The notes: generated by a model not told the origin, from the sequence alone. A DNA stretch of 64,000 bases from Acholeplasmataceae bacterium (GCA_963675245.1 OY775910.1:448001-512000), one strand, 5' to 3'. Positions 27,612 to 37,732 are shown, counted from the stretch's first letter. Translations and numbers: made by a program.

Positions 27612-28093
27612 TAGTTAAAAATACCTCCCAAAATCTTTTCGAAAGGTTCCGAAATGCTTGCTTGTTGTTCAGCTTCGTTTTTTCCTTTGATATCAATTGT
27701 GTGAACATAAATATATGCATCTTCTACATCAATCGATAGTGTACCTGGCGTCAATGTAATTGAATTCGCCAATGTCAGTTTTCCAAAATCTCCCTTTAAA
27801 TTTGTTTTAACTTTGACAATGCCTGGATTGAGTGGAATTTTTGGACTTAGAACCCTTCTTGCCACATCTAGATTGGCCAAGACGAGTTTCCAAATGAACA
27901 CTGGAATGTATACAAAAACAAACTTTAACAATCTGATCGGAAACTTTATGTCAATTTTAAAATCGACAAACTTCACTAAAATCAGTGTTAAAGCAGCACT
28001 TATAATACTTCCCAGAATGACTTCTTCCACGATGAAACCTGCCAACAATAAATAAACAAGCAGCAGCGTGATAAAAGTGATGAAATATTTCAT
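27611..28093 (-). CDS. MrpE/MnhE-like subunit
   Basis: ANLDVA, NPGIV, LANSITLTPGTLS; AGGAGG RBS then ATG at 28093 (or 28099). Confidence 0.9.
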   Translation of the reverse strand: MKYFITFITLLLVYLLLAGFIVEEVILGSIISAALTLILVKFVDFKIDIKFPIRLLKFVFVYIPVFIWKLVLANLDVARRVLSPKIPLNPGIVKVKTNLKGDFGKLTLANSITLTPGTLSIDVEDAYIYVHTIDIKGKNEAEQQASISEPFEKILGGIFN

Positions 28094-28381
28094 TGCCATC
28101 CTCCTATGTATTTTATATGTACATTTAAAAAGCAATAAACAACACCGAAAAAAGACTTGCTTTTTAAAATATAAACGAATTAAAAAACCTATATATCACA
28201 TAAAAAAACATTTAGTTTTTTGTATTTCTAAACAACGCACGCATTTGCCATCATTATAGCATAAAAATATAGTTAAATTAAAGCGTTTTCTTTAATATAG
28301 AATTTTTATATTTTGAAGTTCAAAAATAATTTGGTAAGATATAAAATCCATGATATATTAATTTATATCGGAGGGTGTGTC

Positions 28382-29275
28382 ATGCAGACAATAAAGACTT
28401 TTAATGAAACATTAAATCAATCAGATGAAGAACGTTTTTTACTTTGGAAAGAATATCGGGAACAATTGACAAAATTCATCATTTCTTATTTAAATCCTAC
28501 AAATAAAGATGCACTCATACTTGGTGCAGGAAATGCTGATGATATCGATCTTTCTTTATTACAGAGTCATTGTCATATGATCTATTTATCAGACGTTGAT
28601 GAAAAAGCACTTTCTTCTGCCATGAACACCTATCATTTGTCAAAAGACCTTGTGACATTACTACCAGCTGAATATACAGGATTAGATGATCATCTATTAT
28701 GGAAAGATTTTATACATGAGGCGTTAAAGGTTAAAAATGAACGTGATGTTGATCAATTAATTGATACCTATAAAAACATCATTATCAACCATACTTTTTT
28801 ACCTGACTATATTCAACAATTTGATCAGATTATCATATCACCTATTTATACACAGTTATTGTTTCATCACTTTGAAACGTCACTACAATTTTTAAAAGAA
28901 TTACATTACCCTATTCGTTTCATAGATTTATTTAGACAATCTTTTCTTAATATGATGACTGTTGTGATTGATGCGTTCAATAAAAACGTCGTTCGTTTAT
29001 TAAAAGAAAAAGGTCAAGTGTTTGTCATTAGTGACATATTTGAATCAACAAAAGGCTCTGAGTTTTTTGAAAACATCAGAACCTTAATTAATCGTCCTAT
29101 TCACATGGATAAGTTTTACCTCGAGTACCAAAACACGCACGGTACTGGTTTAGGTGATTATGGTTTATTAAATATGAATGATTACCTTACACCACAATTA
29201 TCAGAATGGCTCGTTTGGCCATTTACTGATGAACGTCGTCTCATCGTAAAAGTCGTTTTGTATCAAAACGATTAA
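28382..29275 (+). CDS. Hypothetical protein, SAM-dependent methyltransferase-like fold
   Basis: LILGAGNADDIDL glycine motif followed by LSDVD; GGAGG RBS before ATG at 28382. Confidence 0.5.
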   Translation: MQTIKTFNETLNQSDEERFLLWKEYREQLTKFIISYLNPTNKDALILGAGNADDIDLSLLQSHCHMIYLSDVDEKALSSAMNTYHLSKDLVTLLPAEYTGLDDHLLWKDFIHEALKVKNERDVDQLIDTYKNIIINHTFLPDYIQQFDQIIISPIYTQLLFHHFETSLQFLKELHYPIRFIDLFRQSFLNMMTVVIDAFNKNVVRLLKEKGQVFVISDIFESTKGSEFFENIRTLINRPIHMDKFYLEYQNTHGTGLGDYGLLNMNDYLTPQLSEWLVWPFTDERRLIVKVVLYQND

Positions 29276-29643
29276 TACTTCTGTTTTATTGGTATAACTC
29301 CTCTAATACCACCGCTTGGGTCTTTCACATCCCCTTTATATCTTGGTATTAAATGCACATGGGCATGCATCACTGTTTGTCCGGAGGCTTCTCCGTTGTT
29401 AATCCCTATATTATAACCATCCGGGTGATACATATGATCTAACGTATTCTTTAGCCACATGATGGATTCATCAATGGCTTTTTTTTCTTCGTTTGTTAAT
29501 TCGAAATAATCAGCAACATGGCGTTTTGGAATAATGAGAACATGCCCTTTAGACACAGGATATTCGTCCTGAATCGCGAAAATTAAATCATTTTCGTAAA
29601 CAACAAATTTTTGATTTTTAAGAATCTCACAAAAAATACACAT
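29272..29643 (-). CDS. HIT family hydrolase
   Basis: CIFC, YPVSKGHVLIIPKRH, GQTVMHAHVHLIPR. Confidence 0.93.
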   Translation of the reverse strand: MCIFCEILKNQKFVVYENDLIFAIQDEYPVSKGHVLIIPKRHVADYFELTNEEKKAIDESIMWLKNTLDHMYHPDGYNIGINNGEASGQTVMHAHVHLIPRYKGDVKDPSGGIRGVIPIKQKY

Positions 29644-29655
29644 TGCTTATTCTCC

Positions 29656-30750
29656 TTACTTGATAACCAAATCTTTCATTAACTTTGTTAAATATGATTT
29701 AGCATCTTTCATGGATGCTTCTTTTTTAGCGTACTTAGGGACTACCGTATAGATTTCATCTAAAGATGCATGATGATCCAGTTCTGACATGCCGAATATA
29801 CCAATTGTTTTCTTTCCTAATTCTTTTGCCATCATAGCAATAGTAATCGGTGCTTTACCAAAATCACTTTGGTTATCTAACTTGCCTTCTCCAACAATCA
29901 CTACATCTGCTTCTTCTATCTTTGTCTTTAAATCTGAAAGTTCAGCAATTAAGTCAATCCCTTTAACAAGTTTCGCTTTTAATAACGAAATCGCACCAAA
30001 ACCAACACCACCAGCAGCACCAGCACCTGGTTCTTTTGAATAGTCTCTATTATAGTGCTTTCTAACGACCTCTGCAAAATGAGTCATGTTCTTTTCTAAG
30101 ACATCTACATCCGCATCACTCGCACCTTTTTGTTTCGCATAGACATGTGCACACCCCGTATCTCCTAATAATGGATTTACGACATCACTGGCGACCACAA
30201 ACTTCGTGCCACTGATTAACTGATCAATAAGCCATGCATCAAACCGATGCACACCGCCAATCATCCGGCCATTCATTTGTTTCGTCATGACCATATCACT
30301 TTCGTCAAAAAAGTCACACCCCATGGCTTGTAGCATACCTGCACCACCATCATTGGTCGCACTACCACCGATACCAAGAATGATTTTTCTAGCACCTCTT
30401 GAAATAGCATCTTTAATTGCTAATCCTACGCCATATGTGGTGTTTTCTAAAGGGTTTAATTGATTAGCTACGCTCATACCTGCAATCGCGTCTAAGCCTA
30501 TATACGCTTCTTTATCATTAAATATATATCTTGTCTGCATCATGTTTCCTGATGGTTCATAAGATAAACACTGTACGTCATCACCTTCAATGTAGGTTTT
30601 GATGACATCTAAAAAATGTTCTCCACCATCAGAGACAGGCACTGTTGTGACGTGATGTTCTTTTTGACTTAAGACTTCGTTTGCCAGTTCGGCAATCTCA
30701 AGTGACGATATAGAACCTTTGAATGAATTAACAGCTACTAATATGTTCAT
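29656..30750 (-). CDS. Glycerate kinase
   Basis: NSFKGS, SDGGE, GIGGSATNDGGAG, GAGAAGG, GEGKLDNQS; ATG at 30750. Confidence 0.93.
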   Translation of the reverse strand: MNILVAVNSFKGSISSLEIAELANEVLSQKEHHVTTVPVSDGGEHFLDVIKTYIEGDDVQCLSYEPSGNMMQTRYIFNDKEAYIGLDAIAGMSVANQLNPLENTTYGVGLAIKDAISRGARKIILGIGGSATNDGGAGMLQAMGCDFFDESDMVMTKQMNGRMIGGVHRFDAWLIDQLISGTKFVVASDVVNPLLGDTGCAHVYAKQKGASDADVDVLEKNMTHFAEVVRKHYNRDYSKEPGAGAAGGVGFGAISLLKAKLVKGIDLIAELSDLKTKIEEADVVIVGEGKLDNQSDFGKAPITIAMMAKELGKKTIGIFGMSELDHHASLDEIYTVVPKYAKKEASMKDAKSYLTKLMKDLVIK

Positions 30751-30963
30751 GTGATTTTCCTCGATCTTTCTACCTTCATCATAGCACAATAATCGTAGAT
30801 TGTCCTAAATCCAATGTGCTTCACATGATTTTGCATATATTTTTGAAAACATTTTCAAGTAAAATATGAATACATTTTATGTATTCTGTTGTATGATAAA
30901 TGTAAGTTATCTTTTATTTTGAATATCAAACTATTTATATTATATCTATTGAAGGAGTATTTT

Positions 30964-32418
30964 ATGGCAACAAGATCATTACCAGAAATCATTCAAGGGG
31001 GTATGGGAATCGGCGCATCAAGTATTAGATTAGCCAAGACCGTTTCCAAAGCAGGTTATTTAGGTGTTGTCTCAGGAACCGCTGTAGCAACAACACTGGC
31101 AAGACGTTTACAAGACATAAAAGGAAGAAAAAAATATGTGGACGCGGTGAATCAATTTCCGTTTCCTGAAGTATCAAAAAGAATTATAGAAAAATATGTA
31201 CCAGATTCACACATTGAAAAAATCAAAGCTCGCTTTAGACCTATGGTCATGCCAAGTCTAGATCAACCAGACCATTTAACAGAACTGATGGTGGTTGCTA
31301 ATTTCGTTGAGGTATATTTAGCGAAAAAAGGACATGATGGATTAATCGGTATTAATTTACTAGAAAAAATTCAACTGCCTACACTACCTTCGCTATATGG
31401 TGCAATGCTTGCTGGGGTTGACTACGTCTTAATGGGTGCGGGGATTCCTAAACACATTCCTGGTATCTTAACAAAGTTTGCCAACCACGAAGCTGCCAGC
31501 ATGCCAATTAAGGTTGCTGGTGCGACAGAACCTGTGTTATCAACATTTGATCCCAAAGCCTTTTCCGAAAGTGCTGAATTAGTGGACATCAAAAGACCAC
31601 AATTTCTAGCCATCATCGCTTCAACAACACTCGCACTACATTTATCAAGAAATGAAGAAAGCCGTCCAGATGGATTTGTCGTTGAAATGCCCATCGCAGG
31701 CGGTCATAATGCACCACCTCGTGGTAAATTGCAAGTAAATGAAAACGGTGAACCTATTTATGGTGAACGCGATGAAGTTGATTTAACCGTCTTAAAGGAA
31801 ATTGGTCTTCCCTTCTGGTTAGCAGGTGGTTATGGTAACTATGAGGCTTATGTATACGCAAAAGCACAAGGTGCTGCAGGTATTCAAGTCGGTACTGCTT
31901 TCGCATTCAGTAAGGAATCGGGTATGATACGTTCATTGAAAGAGCGAATCATTAGAGCAGTTAAAAGGGGTGCAGCACATGTGAAAACAGATTTACTCGC
32001 TTCTCCCACAGGATTCCCATTCAAAGTCGTTGAACTTTCAAACACCACTGGTGTTGAAAAGACATACAAAGAAAGAAAACGTGTATGTGATATAGGTTAT
32101 CTTAGAGAAGCTTATCTCAAAGATGATGGTAAGATTGGTTATCGCTGTCCATCCGAACCAGTCGATGCATATGTCAGAAAAGGTGGAAAATTAGAAGACA
32201 CTGTTGGTCGTAAATGTTTATGTAACGGTTTAATAGCAACCATCGGTTATGGCCAAGAACGAAAAGATTCAAAGGAAATGCCAATTGTTACAGCCGGTGA
32301 TGACTTGAAATATATATTAGCATTCCTTAAGCCCGGTGAATTAATATATAGTGCCTTAGATGTGTTAAAAACTATTTTAGGCCAAGCGTTCTCTCCTACG
32401 AGTCTTAAAATAGCTTAA
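30964..32418 (+). CDS. Nitronate monooxygenase / FabK-like flavoprotein with a C-terminal Cys cluster
   Basis: IIQGGMG, MGAGIP, AGGHN, LAGG, QVGTAF, CDIGYLR...CPSEP...CLCNGL. Confidence 0.85.
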   Translation: MATRSLPEIIQGGMGIGASSIRLAKTVSKAGYLGVVSGTAVATTLARRLQDIKGRKKYVDAVNQFPFPEVSKRIIEKYVPDSHIEKIKARFRPMVMPSLDQPDHLTELMVVANFVEVYLAKKGHDGLIGINLLEKIQLPTLPSLYGAMLAGVDYVLMGAGIPKHIPGILTKFANHEAASMPIKVAGATEPVLSTFDPKAFSESAELVDIKRPQFLAIIASTTLALHLSRNEESRPDGFVVEMPIAGGHNAPPRGKLQVNENGEPIYGERDEVDLTVLKEIGLPFWLAGGYGNYEAYVYAKAQGAAGIQVGTAFAFSKESGMIRSLKERIIRAVKRGAAHVKTDLLASPTGFPFKVVELSNTTGVEKTYKERKRVCDIGYLREAYLKDDGKIGYRCPSEPVDAYVRKGGKLEDTVGRKCLCNGLIATIGYGQERKDSKEMPIVTAGDDLKYILAFLKPGELIYSALDVLKTILGQAFSPTSLKIA

Positions 32419-32420
32419 AG

Positions 32421-32459
32421 AAATGTCAGTTGCGAATTGCAACTGACATTATTTTTTTT
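32421..32459. terminator. Intrinsic terminator between convergent genes
   Basis: AATGTCAGTTGC-loop-GCAACTGACATT followed by a T-tract. Confidence 0.8.
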
Positions 32460-32467
32460 ATTCTTTT

Positions 32468-33475
32468 TTAATGCTTTAAAAACTTCTTTTCATTTGAACC
32501 ATAACGTTCTCCAATATCAGGATACTTAACCAATAATTCATCAAGCACTTTCATATCATCATCTGTTAAGCTAACATCCACAGCACCTATATTATCTTCT
32601 AAGTACTTAACGTGTTTTGTTCCTGATATAGGGATAATAAATTCGCCGTGATGTAGTACCCAACTAATGGCGAGTTGTGCTGGTGTGCATCCTTTCTTTT
32701 TAGCGAATGCGCCAAACGCTTCTGCAAGCATTAAATTATTTTTTAAATGTTCACCATGAAATCGTGGTAGCCCTTGTCTAAAATCGTTACTATTTAGTTT
32801 ATTAATGTCTTTATTCTTAACTATGAGTCCTCTTGACAACGGTGAGAAAGGTATAAATGCGATGCCCATTTCTCGACAATAATCAAGAATACCATTTGTT
32901 TCAACTTGTCTTGTTAAAAAAGAATATTCAGATTGAATGGCGGATATGGGCCAAACCGATTCCGCTTTTTTTAAATCCTCTAATGTACATTCCGATAACC
33001 CTAGAAACTTAACCTTACCCATTTTAACAAATTCAGCCATCACCTTAACACTTTCTTCAACTGGCACATTTGGATCCACACGATGAAGATATAATAAATC
33101 AATATATGGTGTATCCAATCTTTCCAATGAAGCCTCAACTGCTTGTCTAATATATGAAGGTTTTCCACATACTTCTGTTTGTGCGGAAACGCTCTTACCT
33201 AAAACGTTTCCCTTTCTTTTGAATCCAATCTTTGTCGCGATAAAAAGATCTTCTCTGTTGTGCTTTTTAATGAATACACTTAAGAGTTTTTCATTATCAC
33301 CAAACCCATAAACATCAGCCGTATCAAAAAAATTAATACCCTGTTCATATGCATACGCTAATGTTTTTAAACTCTCCTCATCATTTCTATCTCCATAGGC
33401 ATGACTCATGCCCATGCATCCTAAACCGATACTTGATAGCTGAATATTTGTATTTGCAAACTGTCTTTTTTTCAT
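32468..33475 (-). CDS. Aldo/keto reductase
   Basis: GLGCMGMS, DTADVYG, IATK, IDLLYLHRVD, QSEYS, PFSPL. Confidence 0.93.
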   Translation of the reverse strand: MKKRQFANTNIQLSSIGLGCMGMSHAYGDRNDEESLKTLAYAYEQGINFFDTADVYGFGDNEKLLSVFIKKHNREDLFIATKIGFKRKGNVLGKSVSAQTEVCGKPSYIRQAVEASLERLDTPYIDLLYLHRVDPNVPVEESVKVMAEFVKMGKVKFLGLSECTLEDLKKAESVWPISAIQSEYSFLTRQVETNGILDYCREMGIAFIPFSPLSRGLIVKNKDINKLNSNDFRQGLPRFHGEHLKNNLMLAEAFGAFAKKKGCTPAQLAISWVLHHGEFIIPISGTKHVKYLEDNIGAVDVSLTDDDMKVLDELLVKYPDIGERYGSNEKKFLKH

Positions 33476-34152
33476 ATGGTCTTCTCCTTCATTTCTGCAA
33501 TGACTGTTTGATAATCTTTTAATGCTTGTTCGCCTTTATCTGTGAGATGATAAACACCTCTTCTAATCCGTTCGAACCAACCTTCATAATTTTTTTGTAA
33601 CACACTCGTCACTTTATTTTCCTTCAACGCTTCTTTTAAATACGCTGTTGTTCTTGGACCGTCTTTTAATTCTTCCGCGATCAAAAGGGTAAGTTCTTTA
33701 TATGCAGTAATAATTTTTGTCTTCGTCACTCCACCTGTATTGAGTGATGTCTTTCTCATATTAAATTCTTTTAAGAGTCTTTCTTTTTTCTGATGTTGTT
33801 TTTTAAAATGATAGGGTGCTGGATCAAATAATACGTCTAATGTTTCATGTGTCATATCCACTAAAATTAATCCTAATTCTAATCGTCTCGTGATGGACTT
33901 CTTCTCGTGAAAGTTATCTGATTTTAATACTTTACTTGAAGGTCTTGGAATAGCGAGATAAACATTATCTGATAAGTGTTCTCTTTTCAATCCTTGATAA
34001 ATGAGTGATATTGTAAAAGATGTCTTCATCTCAATGATGATGACATCTTGATCTTTTTTGGCAACAATATCAGCATGCATCACTTCTGCTTTCACATCAT
34101 AGCCATGCTTAACCAAATATGCTTTTATAATCGGAAACATTTCTTTTTCCAT
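33472..34152 (-). CDS. DUF2161-like putative PD-(D/E)XK protein
   Basis: GYDVKAEV..DIVA..IIEMK, ITAYKE, NYEGWFERIRRGVY. Confidence 0.75.
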   Translation of the reverse strand: MEKEMFPIIKAYLVKHGYDVKAEVMHADIVAKKDQDVIIIEMKTSFTISLIYQGLKREHLSDNVYLAIPRPSSKVLKSDNFHEKKSITRRLELGLILVDMTHETLDVLFDPAPYHFKKQHQKKERLLKEFNMRKTSLNTGGVTKTKIITAYKELTLLIAEELKDGPRTTAYLKEALKENKVTSVLQKNYEGWFERIRRGVYHLTDKGEQALKDYQTVIAEMKEKTI

Positions 34153-34159
34153 AATACTC

Positions 34160-36172
34160 CTATTTAATGTATTCAAATAATGCTAATTGTGAATTAAGTG
34201 GTTTATGATTACCCGGTTTAACTTTCTCATACTCATCCATATGATTCACATACGATTTCACATTATCTGAAAGTTGTAGATTGAGGAGTTTGATCAATAA
34301 TTGTTTCGAATCTTCATTTGTCACAGGCAACGCTGTTTCAATACGTCGTTCCATATTTCTAGTCATTAAATCAGCTGATGTAATAAATACATCTTCCTTA
34401 CCGTTGGCGTGAAAATAATAAATACGCATATGTTCTAAATATCGACCGACGATTGATTTTACATGAATGTTCTCACTAAAACCTTCAATACCAGGAATCA
34501 AACAACAAATCGATCTAATAATCATATCAATTCTCACGCCTTTTTGAGACGCTTTGATAAGTTCATTCATCACTTCAATATCTGTTAAAGAATTAATCTT
34601 AACAATGATGTGACCGTTCTTATATTTTTCTTGGTTCTTAATTTCTTTTCTGACGTTATGTATGAACATCTCTTTTATAGAATATGGAGACGCGATTAAT
34701 TTCTTATAATCTGGTTTTGCTGTATAGCTAGAAATATAATTAAAAAACTGAATAACATCGCTACCAATGACTTCATCTGTTGTAAACAAACTAACATCTG
34801 TATAAATCTTCGCGTTGTTTTCATTATAATTACCCGTGCTAAAGTGAACATAGGTCTTTACGCCATCATTTGAATTTTTAACGATCAACATTAATTTAGA
34901 ATGTGTTTTTAAATCGGGCACACCATAAATCACGTGTGCACCAACACGTTCTAATTCACTTCCCCAGTGGAGGTTATTCTCTTCATCAAAGCGCGCTCTT
35001 AATTCAAATAACACCGTGACTTGTTTTCCTGCCTCAGCTGCTTTAACAAGTGTTGACATAATCCTTGAATCTTTATTGGTACGATAAATGGTTTGTTTAA
35101 TCGCGACAACATCTGGATCATTCGCCGCTTCTACCATTAATCTCACCACAGGGTCATATGAATGATGTGGATGTAAAAGAATAATCTCTTTCTTATCCAT
35201 GACCTCCATAATCGACGGTTTTAAAAAAACTTCTGGTTCTACAGGGGTTTGATGATCATAAATTAAACCTCTTGTACGATCTTTAACAATATCATAGAGT
35301 TCACTCAAAAAGGATAAATCAACCGGTCCATCTACGAGGAACACATGTTTCTTTGGCAACTTGAGATGTGTATTTAAAAAAGTAATCACATCATCAGATA
35401 CGTGCGTATCAATTTCAATTCGTACTGCTGCACCACGTTTTCTATTTTTTAATTCTTGAGTGACACTCACAGCAAAATCATCAGACTGATCATTATATTC
35501 AATATCAAAATCTCGTGTGATTCTAAAAGGGTATGCTTCAACCACTTCAATACCCTTATAGATATATGCCATATGTTCAACAATTAAATCTTCTAACAAA
35601 ATAAATGTGTCTTTTTTGACTTGTACCACACGTTTAATATTTTTTGGTACTGTCACAACACTATATGAAATACGATCATCTTTATCTTTTAACATACTGA
35701 TAATATAGACACTTAAATTAGGTAATAACGGAAAAGGTAAATAGGGGCTGAACCTAATTGGTGTTAATACGGGATAGATAAAGTTATGAAAATAACTTGT
35801 CATCCTTTTCTTTTGATTATCGGTTAACGCTTTATAGGTCGTAAAATGAATGTGTTCATGTAATGCGTTTATTTTTTCTTTATAGATTTCATATTGTTTT
35901 TTAACAAGTTTTTGTGTTGTTTTTAAAATATCATTGATATATTCTCTTGGCAACATCCCTGACTTAATATCAATTTCTGTCATTCTTAATTTCGTTTGTG
36001 AGTAAATACCACTCACTCTAATCATGAAATACTCATCTAGATTCGTTGAGAATATGGATAAAAAGCGCAGTTGTTCCAAAAGGGGATTTGCATCATCTAG
36101 CGCTTCATTAAGTACTCTTTCATTAAATTTTAACCAACTGGTTTCTCTACCTGTGTAAACTCGGTTCATCAT
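34160..36172 (-). CDS. ppk1: Polyphosphate kinase 1
   Basis: RETSWLKFNERVL, NLDEYFMIRV, ELRARFDEENN, LKTHSK, STGNYN, SIVGRYLEH, SADLMTRN. Confidence 0.95.
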   Translation of the reverse strand: MMNRVYTGRETSWLKFNERVLNEALDDANPLLEQLRFLSIFSTNLDEYFMIRVSGIYSQTKLRMTEIDIKSGMLPREYINDILKTTQKLVKKQYEIYKEKINALHEHIHFTTYKALTDNQKKRMTSYFHNFIYPVLTPIRFSPYLPFPLLPNLSVYIISMLKDKDDRISYSVVTVPKNIKRVVQVKKDTFILLEDLIVEHMAYIYKGIEVVEAYPFRITRDFDIEYNDQSDDFAVSVTQELKNRKRGAAVRIEIDTHVSDDVITFLNTHLKLPKKHVFLVDGPVDLSFLSELYDIVKDRTRGLIYDHQTPVEPEVFLKPSIMEVMDKKEIILLHPHHSYDPVVRLMVEAANDPDVVAIKQTIYRTNKDSRIMSTLVKAAEAGKQVTVLFELRARFDEENNLHWGSELERVGAHVIYGVPDLKTHSKLMLIVKNSNDGVKTYVHFSTGNYNENNAKIYTDVSLFTTDEVIGSDVIQFFNYISSYTAKPDYKKLIASPYSIKEMFIHNVRKEIKNQEKYKNGHIIVKINSLTDIEVMNELIKASQKGVRIDMIIRSICCLIPGIEGFSENIHVKSIVGRYLEHMRIYYFHANGKEDVFITSADLMTRNMERRIETALPVTNEDSKQLLIKLLNLQLSDNVKSYVNHMDEYEKVKPGNHKPLNSQLALFEYIK

Positions 36173-37076
36173 ATTCACCTATCATCTGTAATAAGACGCC
36201 TTCTCTTAATCCGGTGACACTACAAACATAATATGTCGCGTGAATAAATTCAAAGATTGTTTCAAAAACAATCAGTGATGGGACAATCAAATCTGCACGA
36301 CTTGGTGTAAAGCCATTGATTTTTTTTATTTCTTCAACTGTTAACAATTGTAATATTTTTCTAGTTCGATTTAATTCTCTAAATCCTAGAATATAACCAT
36401 GCGTGTCCTCTTCTCTGCTTGAGAAGAAACGATCTAATCTAACGAGATTACGACTTGAACCACCAACCACAATCAATGGTAACTGAATACCTGTTAACCA
36501 CGGTAATGTCATTAATTTAGAACGCACATACTCTCTGATTTGATAGCTTTCAGCATCCGTTGGAATCGCTGAAGAAATCATCTGTCTTAAAACAACCGAT
36601 CCAAAATCAAAGAGTGCGTATTGGACTGGTTTATTATGCTCAAAGTGAACAATTTCAGCAGAACCACCACCTAGGTCTAAATAAACGCCTTCTTCTTCAT
36701 GTTTCAAATAATGGTTCATGCCTTGAAAGCCTAAAAGCGATTCTTGTTCCTCTGATAACATATCAATCTTGATGTCTAACGTTTCATACACACGGTTGAG
36801 AATATCCTTTTGATTATCAACCATACGAATTGTTTGGGTTGCGAAATACTTAACCAGATGTGCATCCTTCTTTTTAATGATTTTTTTATAAGTTGAAAGA
36901 ACATTAATTAACGCGCTTATACCGTCGTCTGTTAAAACATGATCTTTTACGTGATTACGTAACCGAACACTTTCTTTGATATTTAAAAGTAGTTGGTACT
37001 TTTTTCCCTTATTTACTTTGTATAGACAAAGCCTTACTGTATTAGAACCAATATCAACAAGTGCTACTTTCTTCAT
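36147..37076 (-). CDS. ppx: Exopolyphosphatase Ppx/GppA
   Basis: VDIGSNTVRL, LDLGGGSAE, VGGS, RADLI, GLREG. Confidence 0.9.
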   Translation of the reverse strand: MKKVALVDIGSNTVRLCLYKVNKGKKYQLLLNIKESVRLRNHVKDHVLTDDGISALINVLSTYKKIIKKKDAHLVKYFATQTIRMVDNQKDILNRVYETLDIKIDMLSEEQESLLGFQGMNHYLKHEEEGVYLDLGGGSAEIVHFEHNKPVQYALFDFGSVVLRQMISSAIPTDAESYQIREYVRSKLMTLPWLTGIQLPLIVVGGSSRNLVRLDRFFSSREEDTHGYILGFRELNRTRKILQLLTVEEIKKINGFTPSRADLIVPSLIVFETIFEFIHATYYVCSVTGLREGVLLQMIGEYDEPSLHR

Positions 37077-37201
37077 AAAGTGTCCTCTTTTCAACATGTC
37101 TGTTACCCCCATTATAATACAGTAAATCACAGAAAGTAAAATGGAACCCTATTTATCGAAATAAACATCGTTTTTTGTCATAAAAAATTGATGTGTAAAT
37201 C

Positions 37202-37230
37202 TTGACAACACCAAAATCCAGTATTATAAT
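37202..37230 (+). promoter_or_regulatory. SigA promoter of hsp20
   Basis: Perfect TTGACA-17 nt-TATAAT. Confidence 0.85.
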
Positions 37231-37239
37231 ATAGATGTA

Positions 37240-37266
37240 ATGGCACTTAATACAGTAGAGTGCCAA
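37240..37266 (+). promoter_or_regulatory. CIRCE element (HrcA operator)
   Basis: ATGGCACTT-N9-GAGTGCCAA versus consensus TTAGCACTC-N9-GAGTGCTAA, between the promoter and the RBS of a small heat-shock gene. Confidence 0.8.
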
Positions 37267-37285
37267 TCATAAAGGAGGTATAGTT

Positions 37286-37729
37286 ATGTTTGGAGTAACG
37301 CCATTCAATGGGCATGTTGTTAAGAGAAACAATGAACCAGATGCGTTTCGTGATTTGATTGATGATTTCTTTAGAGATGACTTCTTCCCATTTAGAAGTC
37401 TCAAGTATGACACATTCAAAGTAGACATTCAAGAAAAGGATGATAACTACTTGATTGAGGCTGATATGCCTGGTATTAAAAAAGAAGATATTCACCTAGA
37501 ATATCATGACGGTTTATTAAATATATCAATAAGTCACGAAGAAAACAAAGAAGAAAAAGATAAGAATTACATTCATAGAGAAAGAAAACAATGTGCTATG
37601 CATCGTACATTAAATCTAGGCGATTTAGATGAGGAGCATATTGAAGCTCAATTAAAAGATGGTATATTAACCATTAAAGCACCTAAAACAACGATTGCCC
37701 AAACAACAAAACAAATCGAAATTAAGTAA
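37286..37729 (+). CDS. Hsp20/alpha-crystallin small heat-shock protein
   Basis: KVDIQE, ADMPGIKKEDI, YIHRER, AQLKDGILTI. Confidence 0.93.
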   Translation: MFGVTPFNGHVVKRNNEPDAFRDLIDDFFRDDFFPFRSLKYDTFKVDIQEKDDNYLIEADMPGIKKEDIHLEYHDGLLNISISHEENKEEKDKNYIHRERKQCAMHRTLNLGDLDEEHIEAQLKDGILTIKAPKTTIAQTTKQIEIK

Positions 37730-37732
37730 AAG

